Part shown: piece by piece, positions 1 to 10,961 of the stretch
How the letters are laid out: each line of letters starts with the position of its first letter
Position numbering within the stretch: the stretch's first letter is position 1
Source: Oikopleura dioica
Lineage: Eukaryota > Animalia > Chordata
Direction: 5' to 3'
Length of the DNA stretch: 64,000 bases
NCBI GenBank assembly: GCA_907165135.1
Contig: OU015568.1
Span: 11,780,001 to 11,844,000, forward strand
Made by a program: the position numbers and the translations under genes
The notes under the pieces: generated by a model
What the model was told of the DNA's origin: nothing
What the model saw: the letters and a program-made list of their open reading frames with translations, nothing else
Databases searched by the model: none

Positions 1-167
1 ATATAATCACTTCCATTATCACAATGTTTGCCTTTTTTGTGGCGAAAAGGCCACGTAGCCTTGGCAAGTTCGATTCACCGGCGTGAATTCCCTCGGGCAA
101 GTTTGCTGTCTGTTTTTGCTCATAGGAATTTTACTACGCAATCAAATAAATTGACCACTAATTCTAG

Positions 168-2176
168 GTAACCGAATCACCCCATCCTACGTTGCCTTCA
201 CCTCCGAGGGTGAGCGACTCATCGGTGATGCCGCCAAGAACCAGCTTACTACCAACCCACAAAACACTGTTTTCGATGCCAAGCGACTCATCGGCCGAAC
301 CTGGTCCGACCCCGCCGTCCAGTCCGACAAGAAGTTCTTCCCATTCGCCGTTGTTGAAGATAAATCCAAGCCCGCCATCAAGGTCAACACTGGCTCTGGC
401 GACAAGACTTTCACCCCAGAAGAAATCTCCGCTATGGTCCTCGGAAAGATGAAGCGAATTGCTGAAGATTACCTCGGAACCACTGTTACCCACGCCGTTG
501 TCACTGTCCCCGCCTATTTCTCTGATGCCCAGCGACAGGCTACCAAGGATGCTGGCGTTATCTCCGGTATGACAATCATGCGAATCATCAACGAACCTAC
601 TGCTGCCGCTATTGCCTACGGTTTGGACAAGGACAAGGAAGGCGAGAAGAACATCCTTGTATTCGATCTTGGTGGAGGTACCTTCGATGTCTCTCTCCTC
701 ACTATCGACTCTGGTGTCTTCGAGGTCGTCGCTACTAACGGTGATACTCATCTTGGAGGTGAAGATTTCGATCAGCGAGTCATGGACCACTTCATGAAGC
801 TCTACAAGAAGAAGACAGGCAAAGATATCCGAAAAGACAACCGAGCCGTCCAGAAACTCCGACGAGAAGTCGAGAAGGCCAAGCGAGCTCTTTCTTCCAC
901 TCACTCCGCTCGAATTGAAATCGAATCTTTCTTTGATGGCGAGGACTTCTCCGAGACTCTCACCCGAGCCAAGTTCGAGGAACTCAACAACGATCTTTTC
1001 CGAGGAACCCTCAAGCCAGTCCAGAAGGTCTTGGAAGACGGTGAAATGAAGAAGAACGAAATCGATGAAATCGTCCTTGTCGGTGGCTCCACTCGAATCC
1101 CCAAGGTCCAGCAGCTCGTCAAGGAATTCTTCAACGGCAAGGAACCATCCAAAGGTATCAACCCCGATGAGGCCGTCGCTTATGGTGCCGCTGTCCAGGT
1201 AAGATTTCTTTATTCGACGCAGACATTTATTTGATCATTCAGGCTGGTGTTCTCTCCGGTGAAGACAACGTCGATGTCGTCCTTCTCGATGTCTGCCCAT
1301 TGACCCTCGGTATCGAAACTGTCGGTGGTGTCATGACCAAGATCATTCCCAGAAACTCCGTCGTCCCAACCAAGAAACAACAGATCTTTTCCACCGCCGC
1401 CGATAACCAACAGACCGTCACCATCCAGGTAATCCTTTCCAATCAACAACAATTTTACTAAAATATCTTCAAGGTCTTCGAAGGTGAACGACCAATGACC
1501 AAGGACAACCACATCCTCGGCAAGTTCGATCTCAACGGCATTCCCCCAGCTGCCCGAGGTGTTCCCCAGATCGAGGTCACCTTCGAAATCGATGTCAACG
1601 GTATCCTCCGAGTCTCTGCTGAAGATAAGGTAACACAGTACTCAAATGATTCGAGAGCTTTATTGGATTAATTTAGGGCACTGGTACCAAAGAAAAGATC
1701 GAGATCAAGAACGACTCCAACCGACTCTCCCCCGAAGATGTCGAGCGAATGATCAAGGACGCCGAAATGTTCGCTGAGGAAGACGCCAAGGTCGCTGCCC
1801 GAGCCACCGCCAAGGTAAAATCATATCCACGTAACTCTTCCCTAAATTCAATCTAGAACGAGCTCGAACAGTACGCTTACGGACTCAAGAACCAGGTCGG
1901 AAACGACGACCCCGAGAAGGGCCTTGGATCCAAGCTCTCCGATGAAGACAAGGAAGAGATTAACACCGCCGTCGAAAACACCATCGAATGGCTCGACGAA
2001 AACGGCGAGGTAAGATCTTTTAAGACCGCGTCTTCAGTTGCTTACGTTCTGTTTAGACTGCTGAAGCCGAAGACATTAAAGAAATGAAGGAGAAGCTCGA
2101 AGGTATCGTCAAGCCAATCATCGACGCCCTTTACGCTGACCAGGGTGGTTCTGATGAAGACCACGACGAGTTGTAA
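168..2176 (+). CDS. HSPA5: BiP/GRP78 ER Hsp70 chaperone, 3' part (first exon(s) upstream of the window)
   Basis: Contains Hsp70 motifs [34 protein letters not shown] and [11 protein letters not shown]. Ends DHDEL* at 2174-2176. GT-AG introns at 1199-1242, 1429-1473, 1630-1676, 1815-1856 and 2010-2056 (42-47 bp). Confidence 0.97.
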
Positions 2177-2855
2177 ACAGCCCGAGTCAACATTTCTCCA
2201 TTTACATACCATCGAATATTTCTGTTATTTGTAAAGCAACTTAACTTTATTTTAATTAATTGTTTTGCTCACCGTGGGAGCAGGATGTAACTGTGTGTGC
2301 TCGCCTCAAAACTGCTGCACTAGCCTGGTCTTCAGTCTCGATCCAGTCTCGATCACTTTTTTCCAATAGTTCCCCTTCCATCGGGCCCATCAAGACTTCA
2401 ACAATGCGACTACTACTGTAAAGCACTCCAATACGCATTCCGATCGGAGAGGAAAGACTCTTCCTCGTTAGAGTTCAAACATGCGACGGGATTGGAGGAA
2501 GACTCTCTGCCAGTTCAATATACAAAACCTCCTCTGTGCAATCTGCATAGCTCGCAATACGAGCTAAGCACAAACATAGGATAAATATATAGATAAATGA
2601 ATTCAAAGAAATACTTCTCTTGTCTCTCTTTCTTCTAGTGCAGTTATAATTACAAACAGCATCACAGAGGACAGCAAGCTCGCTTCAAAAACATCTCTTA
2701 GTCCGGAATTACAATAACAGGTTTTTTTTAAGTGTGCCCAAGAATTTTCGTATCTATTGATTGGGTTAATATATTTACAATCTGTAACTTGCAGAATGTA
2801 GCCGGGTATTAGTTTATTCATTTGAGATAGAGTTGGTGTCAATATCTATTCTGGT

Positions 2856-2926
2856 GGTGGAGTTATGACGTCATAAAAATGCATTATAAAAGTGGGCCTT
2901 CAACTTTGTGACGTCATAACTCCACC
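2856..2926. repeat. 18-bp perfect inverted repeat, each arm containing a CRE palindrome TGACGTCA
   Basis: GGTGGAGTTATGACGTCA at 2856-2873 and TGACGTCATAACTCCACC at 2909-2926, with a 35-bp spacer. Confidence 0.85.
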
Positions 2927-3185
2927 TCCACTGGTGCAAATATCACCAAAAGCTTATTTAACACACTACAGACCTTCCCCAACAAGGTGCAAAAGAGAGA
3001 ATTGAAATATCTCGACTCTAACACCTTCAAAAACGCTCCACCATTTTTGGGCACACTTAAAAAAAACCTGTTAATACACTGTCCAATTACTACTGCATAT
3101 CTGTGCAATATTACTAGGCAAATTTATTTAATCAAATATTCATAGTCAAAGGCAGTTTTCTTAAAAAATTTTTTTGAAGAGTAAA

Positions 3186-3779
3186 ATGAAAGAGCCTCAA
3201 AAAGAAAAATTTGAATCGGACGACGAATCACTGTATGAGTACTTCAAGAAAAGAGGGAAGAGCGAGAAAAAAATGATCTATCGCAAAGCTCCGGAGGCTT
3301 CACTTGAAAATCGTGATTACGAGAATTTGGATGATGCACCAGATGGATGGAATGACGGACTGTTGTCGCGCATGTTTAGTCTCGCAATCTCAAGCGCAGA
3401 AAATACACAATATGCGATTGGTATGCCTTCTTGACTTGAAAAAACTTATCTTTTGATAGAAACAGAAGAAGTTCCGAGTGAAGATTGTTTGCCAGAAAAG
3501 CGCAATCCTTATTTTCTGCCAAGAAAAGTTTCCGGGAGCGATTTTGTTCATGGAGAATGGACCGAAGTTGTGGCCTCCGAGAGAGATACGCAAAAGTGGG
3601 AAGGGGAGCCACTCGACCTCTTCGAATTGAGAAAAGAATTGAACAATATATCTTTCCACGATGAAAATAACAACGAGCATTCCTCCAATAGTGGAAGCAG
3701 TAAAAAACACAATAATAGAAGGCGTCGCAGCAAACCGATTGATTCCTTTGAAATCGGACATTGGGTTGGTTTCGAATAA
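3186..3779 (+). CDS. Hypothetical charged protein (~185 aa, 2 exons)
   Basis: ORFs 3174-3434 and 3453-3779 join in frame through a 39-bp GT-AG intron at 3421-3459 (…YAI/ETEEVP…). No recognisable domain. Confidence 0.6.
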
Positions 3780-3902
3780 CCCATTTTTCAAAACTGTTTT
3801 GATCGATTCTAGTAGACTCATTCTACCTCTTTTTTCTTTCTGTATATTTTTCACATTTATTTACTTCGTACTTTTTGACAATGAAATTCTCGTCATTTAA
3901 GA

Positions 3903-4118
3903 ATGCCGACAGAGGAGGAAAAGTACGACTTCGTTTGCAAATATTTGAAAAAGCACAACAACCTTGAAACACTCGACGAACTCGTCCTGGAAAAAGAGCG
4001 AAAGAAAGAAGCCGAGACACTAGCAAGCAGTTACGAAAAGTTTTACAAAAATAGAGATTTTAACGCGCCATTCCGAAAACTGTCAAAAAACACATGTCGA
4101 TTTATTCCATCCAATTAA
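3903..4118 (+). CDS. Short LisH-like-motif protein or truncated paralog of the downstream zinc-finger genes
   Basis: EKYDFVCKYLKKHNNLETLDEL aligns with the N-termini of the two downstream genes. AG immediately before the ATG. No canonical in-frame splice to 4174 was found. Confidence 0.45.
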   Translation: MPTEEEKYDFVCKYLKKHNNLETLDELVLEKERKKEAETLASSYEKFYKNRDFNAPFRKLSKNTCRFIPSN

Positions 4119-4173
4119 AAAAAATAATTACTTCTTGTGCTTATTGTCTCTTAATACCATATCTTTTGCAGAA

Positions 4174-5319
4174 ATGGGACGCGTCAAGTTGAGCAGGGAA
4201 GAACGCTTTGTTCAGAAGTATCTAAAAAAGCATGGAAAACAAAAAGTGCTGAAAATTTTTAAGAAAGAGTTAAAAGAAAAGTACGAAAAAGGTACTTCAG
4301 GTCATTTTTTTCCATAAACCAGATTTAGATCACCGTGAATCCTCGAAGCGAAGCTTCGAAATTCAAAAAGCTCCAGCTAGAAAGAGATCCAATGGCGAGA
4401 AGAGAAAGAAAGCTCAGGATGAGCAAGCGAAGAAAGAAGCACACACTTCAAATACTACAAGTTTGAAAATATCATGAAAATTATAAAAGTGCGTTACAAT
4501 TTTTAAGACGAGAGAAAACCTGTCAAGCTCAGCTTTGCAATATTGAAGGCTCCCGAAAGAAAGAAGATTGACATCGAGCCAGTGAAAGAAAATAAAAATT
4601 TCCGAGAAATTAAAGAAACGGACTACGAACCTAAAACTGTCAACATTCCCGAAGACTTCAAGAAGATTTCCAAACGATTCGGATTGCCTGAAGAGCATCT
4701 TGACTTTTTCTACGAGCACAGAGCATCGTTCAACTGGGAATTTAAAGATAAAACCAACATAAATTGCATCGAACAAAACTGTCAATTTACTACTAAAATA
4801 GCCGATAAATGTCTTTATGAGCATATGATATCTGTTCACGACTACACTGAAATTCCATGTGGCCACGTTGACTGTTCATATATCGCATATTCCCGAAAGA
4901 ATCTTAATCATCACAAGGCAAAGTTTCATGGTCATGGGAAAAAGCCAACTGCATATGGAATTCATTCATGTCCATATCCCTCATGTAGGAATGCCTTTCG
5001 CTTTCCCTTTCAATTGAATAGACATGTCAATGTTCATAAAAATATCCTCCTATCCTGTAATTATTGCCCATATAAAGTTTCTAGCATCGAAAATTTGCAT
5101 ACACATTTGGCAATGCATTTCAATATTAAAAATTTTGTCTGCGATTCTTGCTCTGCAACATTCTACACAAAAAATATCTTGAGAACGCACATTCTTACTG
5201 TTCATACTACTGATGATTTTGAATGCGAGGATTGCGGATTTCAAGCGCCCAAACTTAGGGTGTTGCAGACGCATAGAAAAACATGTGAAAAACGCCTTAA
5301 GTATTCCAGAATTCTTTGA
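4174..5319 (+). CDS. LisH-like motif plus six C2H2/C2HC zinc fingers (paralog B)
   Basis: N-terminus FVQKYLKKHGKQKVLKIFKKE. Introns 4292-4328 and 4461-4507. Fingers: CIEQNC..HMISVH, CGHVDC..HKAKFH, CPYPSC..HVNVH, CNYC..HLAMH, CDSC..HILTVH, CEDC..HRKTC. Confidence 0.85.
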
Positions 5320-5381
5320 CTGTTTTCGAAAGAATCGCTTTTCATTTTAAAGTAAGTAGCGTAGTTAAAAATAAATTCAGA

Positions 5382-6273
5382 ATGGTTGCAGAAAGAAAAA
5401 AATACGAATTCGTCGCCGCATACTTAGAAAAGCACAATTATCGGGAAACTCTTGCTATTTTCAAGAAACCAATATTAAGCTTCGAAATTGTCAAACCGCC
5501 GAAGAAACAGGTCGTTGAAACCCCTGTTAATGGCAAAGTCAAAAGGTCGAAAAAAGAAAAAGTACCAGAAGAATTCAAAAAACTCGCAAAAAGAGCTGGG
5601 ATAGATCCAGACCTCTACGAGTTCTTCTACAAAAGACGAAACTACTTCACCTGGTCTTTGTTCAAGCCAATGGTTCATTGCACGGAGAAAAACTGCAATT
5701 TCAAGACGGAATATGCCGCAGGATGTCTAGTGAGTCATATGATCGAAGAACATGGATTTGAAGACGTACCGTGCCAGAAAAGTAACTGCAAATTTATTGC
5801 TTATTCAAAGAAAACTTTGGCATTTCATATGAGCAGATTTCACAATTTTAGAACGAGAAAATCTTCAGGAATGGGATCAGCTTCAAATTTCGATGAATTA
5901 ATATTCGAAAGAAATTATCCCTTTTGAAGAAAGATCAACTCAAAAGTCCTGTCGTTATCCCAATTGCGGTACCACTCTCGCTGATAGCGTTGCTCTCCGC
6001 TTTCACTACAAAGTGCACGAAAACGACCTCCAAAAATGCTACCTCTGCGGCTACCGCGCCATCTCTCTTAGTTTCAAAGAACACATGGCCCTGCACTTTG
6101 ACCTGCGCAACTTGAAATGTTTTTACTGCGATCAAAAGTTCGTTTCTGTCAGTCACAAGAACAAGCATGAGAAAGTGAGCCACATCAAATGCTTCAAATG
6201 TGAAATTTGCAACGAAGAGTTTTCTTCTGTTTTCAAATATTATCGACATAGAAACTCTTGCGAAAAGAAATAA
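5382..6273 (+). CDS. LisH-like motif plus six C2H2/C2HC zinc fingers (paralog C)
   Basis: N-terminus YEFVAAYLEKHNYRETLAIFKK. Six fingers are colinear with paralog B. Fingers 3-6 lie in another frame and are joined by a predicted 61-bp GA-AG intron at 5869-5929. Confidence 0.8.
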
Positions 6274-6338
6274 ATTCTAACTATTATAGAGGAGAAGAAA
6301 TGATATTGAACTTTTGTTGTTTATTTTTGTTGGAGGAA

Positions 6339-7436
6339 CTAAATATTTGGATCGATGTAAGTTGCTCCTTTCGAGTACTGAATTTCTTCCCGTTCGCGTT
6401 TATTCTTGTTGTGCTGAGATCGAGTTCGAAGGGCGATTATTGCGATGATTCCCAGTAACAGAAGTGCAGCTGCGCCTGAATTTTTAGTGAAGATTTTTTC
6501 CACCGATAATCAGATATTTCACGGAATCTCGCCGTGATGGGTGGCCTCTATCGCCTTCTTTTTGGCTAAACTGGCATAAAATGGTAGAATTTTTAACCAT
6601 TGACAGCGTTTTTTTTAAATGGGAACAACCTGGGGAGTGAAATTTCTCAGAGTACAGTCATAGGAGAGAGTCCGATAATGGCTAGAAATGTAGCTGAGGG
6701 TCTACTCTGTGCACTGGTAGGGTTTATAAAATGTATATAACACGTGATCTAGAAGATATTACGTCATCAATTCCAAATTCTCCGATTTCGCTCATTTTTA
6801 CCTATTTTGGGGAGTCAAACAGCTCCGAGTACAGTCATCATACAGGATCTCCAAAGCTATAGAAATAAAGCTCTAGGTCTACTCTGTGCATTAGTAAGGT
6901 TTAAAGAGCCAGGTGACTCACTCAAACTTTTTCTAGAGGGGTTCAAAAATCGGTGTTCCCATTTAAAAAAAACGCTGTCATTGGCATGTGACTCCTGTCA
7001 AATATAAAATGATAGCCGTAATCATAATATATTTTTGGAAAACTTTCCCGTATACAAGACTAGCGATTATAAGAGCAAAAATTCCTGTCATAAATGAGTC
7101 TGAACCCTCGTATTTCAGTTATTCGAAAATGTAGTGATCACTTACCTGCTTCTACTTTTGCTGTCAAAATAAAGAGAAAGTTACCAAGTAAGCAAAGCTC
7201 TTTTGTCATTTCTTACCGATAACGAGCCATGCAGTAGACGCCTTGATTCGTCTTTCATCCTCTTCGATATCTCCGGAACCCTCAAAATCCCCTTCTTCCA
7301 AGAACTCTATCCTAACGCTTTTCTCGCCGTGAATGTGTATGTGCAGATCTTCATCATCCGTCAGCAGATTCGACATTTTCTTGTCTCTCTCTTTGCAGAT
7401 TACTATTTTTAATTCAACGACAATTGAGCCCGTCAC
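6339..7436 (-). CDS. Putative single-pass membrane protein with SEA-like GSIVV motif and EGSG glycosaminoglycan site (5' end unresolved)
   Basis: Exon 7217-7436 encodes GSIVVELKIVI…DFEGSGD…AWLVI. A 15-bp microexon (7146-7160) has clean splice signals. Last exon 6339-6475 encodes GAAALLLLGIIAIIAL-RTRSQ…TYIDPNI*. Phases are compatible but connectivity is uncertain. Confidence 0.4.
6601..6980. mobile_element. MITE-like element with 27-bp perfect terminal inverted repeats
   Basis: TGACAGCGTTTTTTTTAAATGGGAACA at 6601-6627 and its reverse complement at 6954-6980. Two degenerate ~85-bp internal direct repeats containing GAGTACAGTCAT and GGTCTACTCTGTGCA. No clear TSD. Confidence 0.75.
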
Positions 7437-7554
7437 GAGCTACGGATATTTGCGCATTCTACATATTTACTCAGATTCCAAATCGAAATCAAATATTTTC
7501 CCTTTTGCTCGATTTATGAAAAAATGAAGGAGAATTCATTTGTTAATTTAGACC

Positions 7555-9448
7555 ATGAAAAGATATCTGTTCTGGATAAAAGCATGGCAGATATTGATGT
7601 TGGCGGCGAAATCGGTCGATGCCTGGGTCTACTTGACCATGCCTCCTGGATCAAATAATAGACTCAACGAAAGTACCGCGGAAAATAAGGTAGAATTAAT
7701 TTCAAATTGAGTTTATCTCATTGGAACTTCCACTTTTTCAATTTTGGAAGCATCGAAATCCTGGGTGAAAGTTATTGTGTCGTGTTATACTGATTGTACT
7801 AAATTGATTCCTTTAGAATCCGGAAAGACTCTTCAAATCGAACAATCACCGCCGCGGTGGCTATAACAAGCCAGACGCGACAAAAAACGCGAACGAGAAA
7901 GAATACATTCCTCAATTCCTGTCTGGCTCGTATTTGCCCATTGAATGGGGTCAAGTAAACGGATGCAAAGATTGCGAGGTCATAATTCAAGGCATGTGCG
8001 GCGATCATTTGAAAAATGGCGAAACGACTGAAAACTTTCTTTTCAAAGCGCCTGCAAATCGCGCTGAAGAATCAAACCTGCTAAAAGAACAGCTTCAAAA
8101 TGATCGCTACGGCCAACATGAAGATATCAGTCATTTTCTTCGCTGCTCCATGGCTGAAAAAACATCAGGAAGCCAATACGGCTTTGAGTGCGAAGGTGAG
8201 CGAAAAGAGTTTCAATTCGGTTTTTACTCCGGCTGGTTCGACATTTTTCATTTGACAAACTCCGGCAAGTGCGAAGAAAGTCCCCAAACAAAGCCTCTTT
8301 GCGTTGAAAATCATGACGGAAAATTCTTCTATCGAATGAAAAATGAGTCTTGCGATGGCGAAATCTACGACTTTTACTCCCCTGTCGAAGTTCTACCCGA
8401 TTCTAATGATTGCGAGGGACCTCATCAAGTCCACGGCTACTACCTGACGAGTGAACTGATTGCCTCGCAAGAAAAACCTCAGAAGAAGTGTCTGCAACTT
8501 CATCCTCCAAAGCGATGTTCAAGGAATTTTAAAACTACTCCTGGAATCTTGGGGAACTCACTTTCCGGGCAGTTGCCAAGTGTTACCTGGCAATTGCCAA
8601 GTGTACAGAAAAAAACTGTTTCTTGTGTTGTTCGTCTCAGGTTGTAGGTTTTTAGAAGTCATTTATCAATGAACGGCTTTAGGTACAAAATTCACATCTT
8701 TGAAGACTTTGGCCCAGACTCTTCCCGCGAAGAAATCTTCCAAGATCGTTCTCACGTCTTCCAAATTATCCCCCGTCCTTCGGAAATCCTCCCTTCAGAA
8801 AGGGTTTACAATCTAAACGTCAGAGGCAAACGAGGAAACATCGTACAAGTTTATCCCGCGGTGGAATACGATTTCACGCCAAACGACTTGAAAGTGATGA
8901 AAGACGACTTGATCCACATTCAGTGGTGGGGCTCCAACTCTCACAACAACAAGCCACCGGGGGCAAATGGGCAAACAGGCGACGATGGCCAGGGTAAAAG
9001 TGGAACGGACAGAAGTACCTTCACGCCAATTTTGAGCGAAAGTCACAACTTTCCGATTCCATTCGAAAACTCCACATTTTGGAAGGACGTTGATTGGATC
9101 TGGAGCTCGACTGAGCATAAACCTGACCAGGGAACAATCGGTAAGCAAATCCGCCTCGACAGATCTTAATTTTTCTATAGAGGACTTGGCGATCTACTTC
9201 GCGACTTCTGGCTATTACGATTGCCGAGAAAACTGCAAAAAGTCTCCAAAGACAAATGATGATTTTGACCCCCAGATGAACAATTCTCCCGCTTCGATAT
9301 CTGGACATATCATTCGAATGAAAGAGGCTAATAATTACCATTATATGAGCTCAAGGTATCTCATTCAGTTTTTCAACAATAACGTTTTTGTCCTAGAAAC
9401 AACAACTTCAGCAATCGAAGTCAAAAGGGCAAAATTACTGTCCTCTAA
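7555..9448 (+). CDS. Protein DD3-3-like, predicted secreted
   Basis: Signal peptide MKRYLFWIKAWQILMLAAKSVDA. Family motifs VYLTMPPGSNNRLNE, RLFKSNNHRRGGYN, LPIEW, IHIQWWGSNSHNN, DLAIYFATSGYY and YHYMSSRNNNFSNRSQKG. Introns 7690-7816, 8641-8682, 9141-9180, 9356-9396. Confidence 0.85.
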
Positions 9449-9605
9449 TCATTTTTCTTCCTTCTCTTCCATATTTACACAATTCCAAGTCCATCCATTT
9501 ACTTTATTCTTATTTTCTGTAGTTCACCAATCATGCTTCAAAACAATCAACTGATAATACAAAAGCTAGCGCATAGAAATCCTTCTTTCATTCTTCTTCA
9601 AGAAT

Positions 9606-10883
9606 ATGTCCGGAAACGGGAATCTGAAAAAAGGTACCAATCGAAAAAGAAAGAACAAAGACGGAAAAGATGATCAAAGAACGAAGCGATCAAAGAATTC
9701 TGATCTCCCTCCATCAGGTACAGACAAACAAAGATTCTTTGACTGACTTTGACACTGTAGATCGGCTCCCAAAGCATGGATTTCCAAGCGATCATCCGTA
9801 TAATAAAGACGGGTAAGTCTCTTTCCAGTCTCTTGAAGATTAAATGAAAGCGTTTTAGATATCGATATTGTCTGGCTGAACCCGATCCTCATATTCCAGA
9901 TAATGATCCTGATGAAGAACATGCTCGACCCGTTGCTATTCCGCCAAAAGTTTATCGAAAACTTGAGCACCCGATTCCTCTTCTCAGCTCTCACGATCGA
10001 GCCCAACAGCTCAATATAGGTACGATCAACATTTTAATCTTCATTGAATACTTTTTTTAGATGATGATCGATTGACAGTAACTGGCGAGCGAGGTTACAG
10101 TACCGTACGGGGCACGCACAGCGTCCGTAAAGGAAAGTGGTACTTTGAGGTGTTAATTAAAGAGCTGCCAGATGACTCAGCAGTGCGAGTTGGCTGGTCG
10201 CAGAAATATGCGTCAATTCAAAACCCAGTCGGTTGTGATGTTTTTGGATACTCGATAAGATCCAAGAAAGGGACAGTCTTTCATCAAGCTCGAGGAAAAT
10301 CGTATACCAACAAGGTAAGACAGTTTCTTCAGGAGTTTTGTTAACACATTCAGGTCGGATTTGAAGAAGGTGACGTGATCGGCTGCGAAATCTCGCTCTC
10401 TCCAAATGCTCCTTCTGCTTATAAACTTCCTGATACTCTCAAAGAAGCTACCCTTATCAAGTTCAAGAACTTTTACTACTTTGAGTCACGCGATCAAATG
10501 AAGAATGCCAAAGAGAATCTCAAGGAAGTTGAAAATTCGAGTGTTACCTTCTATAGAAACGGAAAATCACTAGGAACGGCTTTCAAGAATATCTACGACG
10601 GGGAGTATTTTCCGGCAATTTCGTTGTACAAAGATGCTAAGGTAATTTAAACCTATAAGCAAATGATTCAAGCATTTCGAAGGTGACTGTAAATTTCGGC
10701 GGAACTCCGTGGAAACACCGACCCGAAGCGACTGAAAAAGAGAAAGCCGCGGAACCGATTGAAAAACGCGGCTTTTCCTCGCAAATTGAGCAAGCAATGG
10801 CTGACCTGTTGTTTGCTGTAGATCTGAAAATCAATGGAATACTGAAAACCGATCTCGGCAAAAAGCTTGATTCCAACTATTAG
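9606..10883 (+). CDS. ASH2L: Set1/COMPASS subunit ASH2L (SPRY and DPY30-binding segment only)
   Basis: [67 protein letters not shown], and C-terminal IEQAMADLLFAVD. Several ~41-43-bp introns (e.g. 9718-9760, 10642-10682). Confidence 0.92.
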
Positions 10884-10961
10884 TCTTTACTTTTCTTTCA
10901 AACTGCCACAACTGGAGTTTTACATGTGATAGTTTTTGCATAAAATGTATACTTTTAGAAA

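Noticed and set aside
48-60. CCACGT as an ER-stress element for BiP
   Set aside because: No CCAAT-N9 or ATTGG-N partner. The real promoter lies outside the window.
164-904. 246-aa antisense ORF over BiP
   Set aside because: Long antisense ORFs are a well-known by-product of Hsp70 codon bias; no independent evidence.
2256-2842. Minus-strand ORFs downstream of BiP, with one possible intron
   Set aside because: I could not build a convincing protein or recognise any motif, so it is left unannotated.
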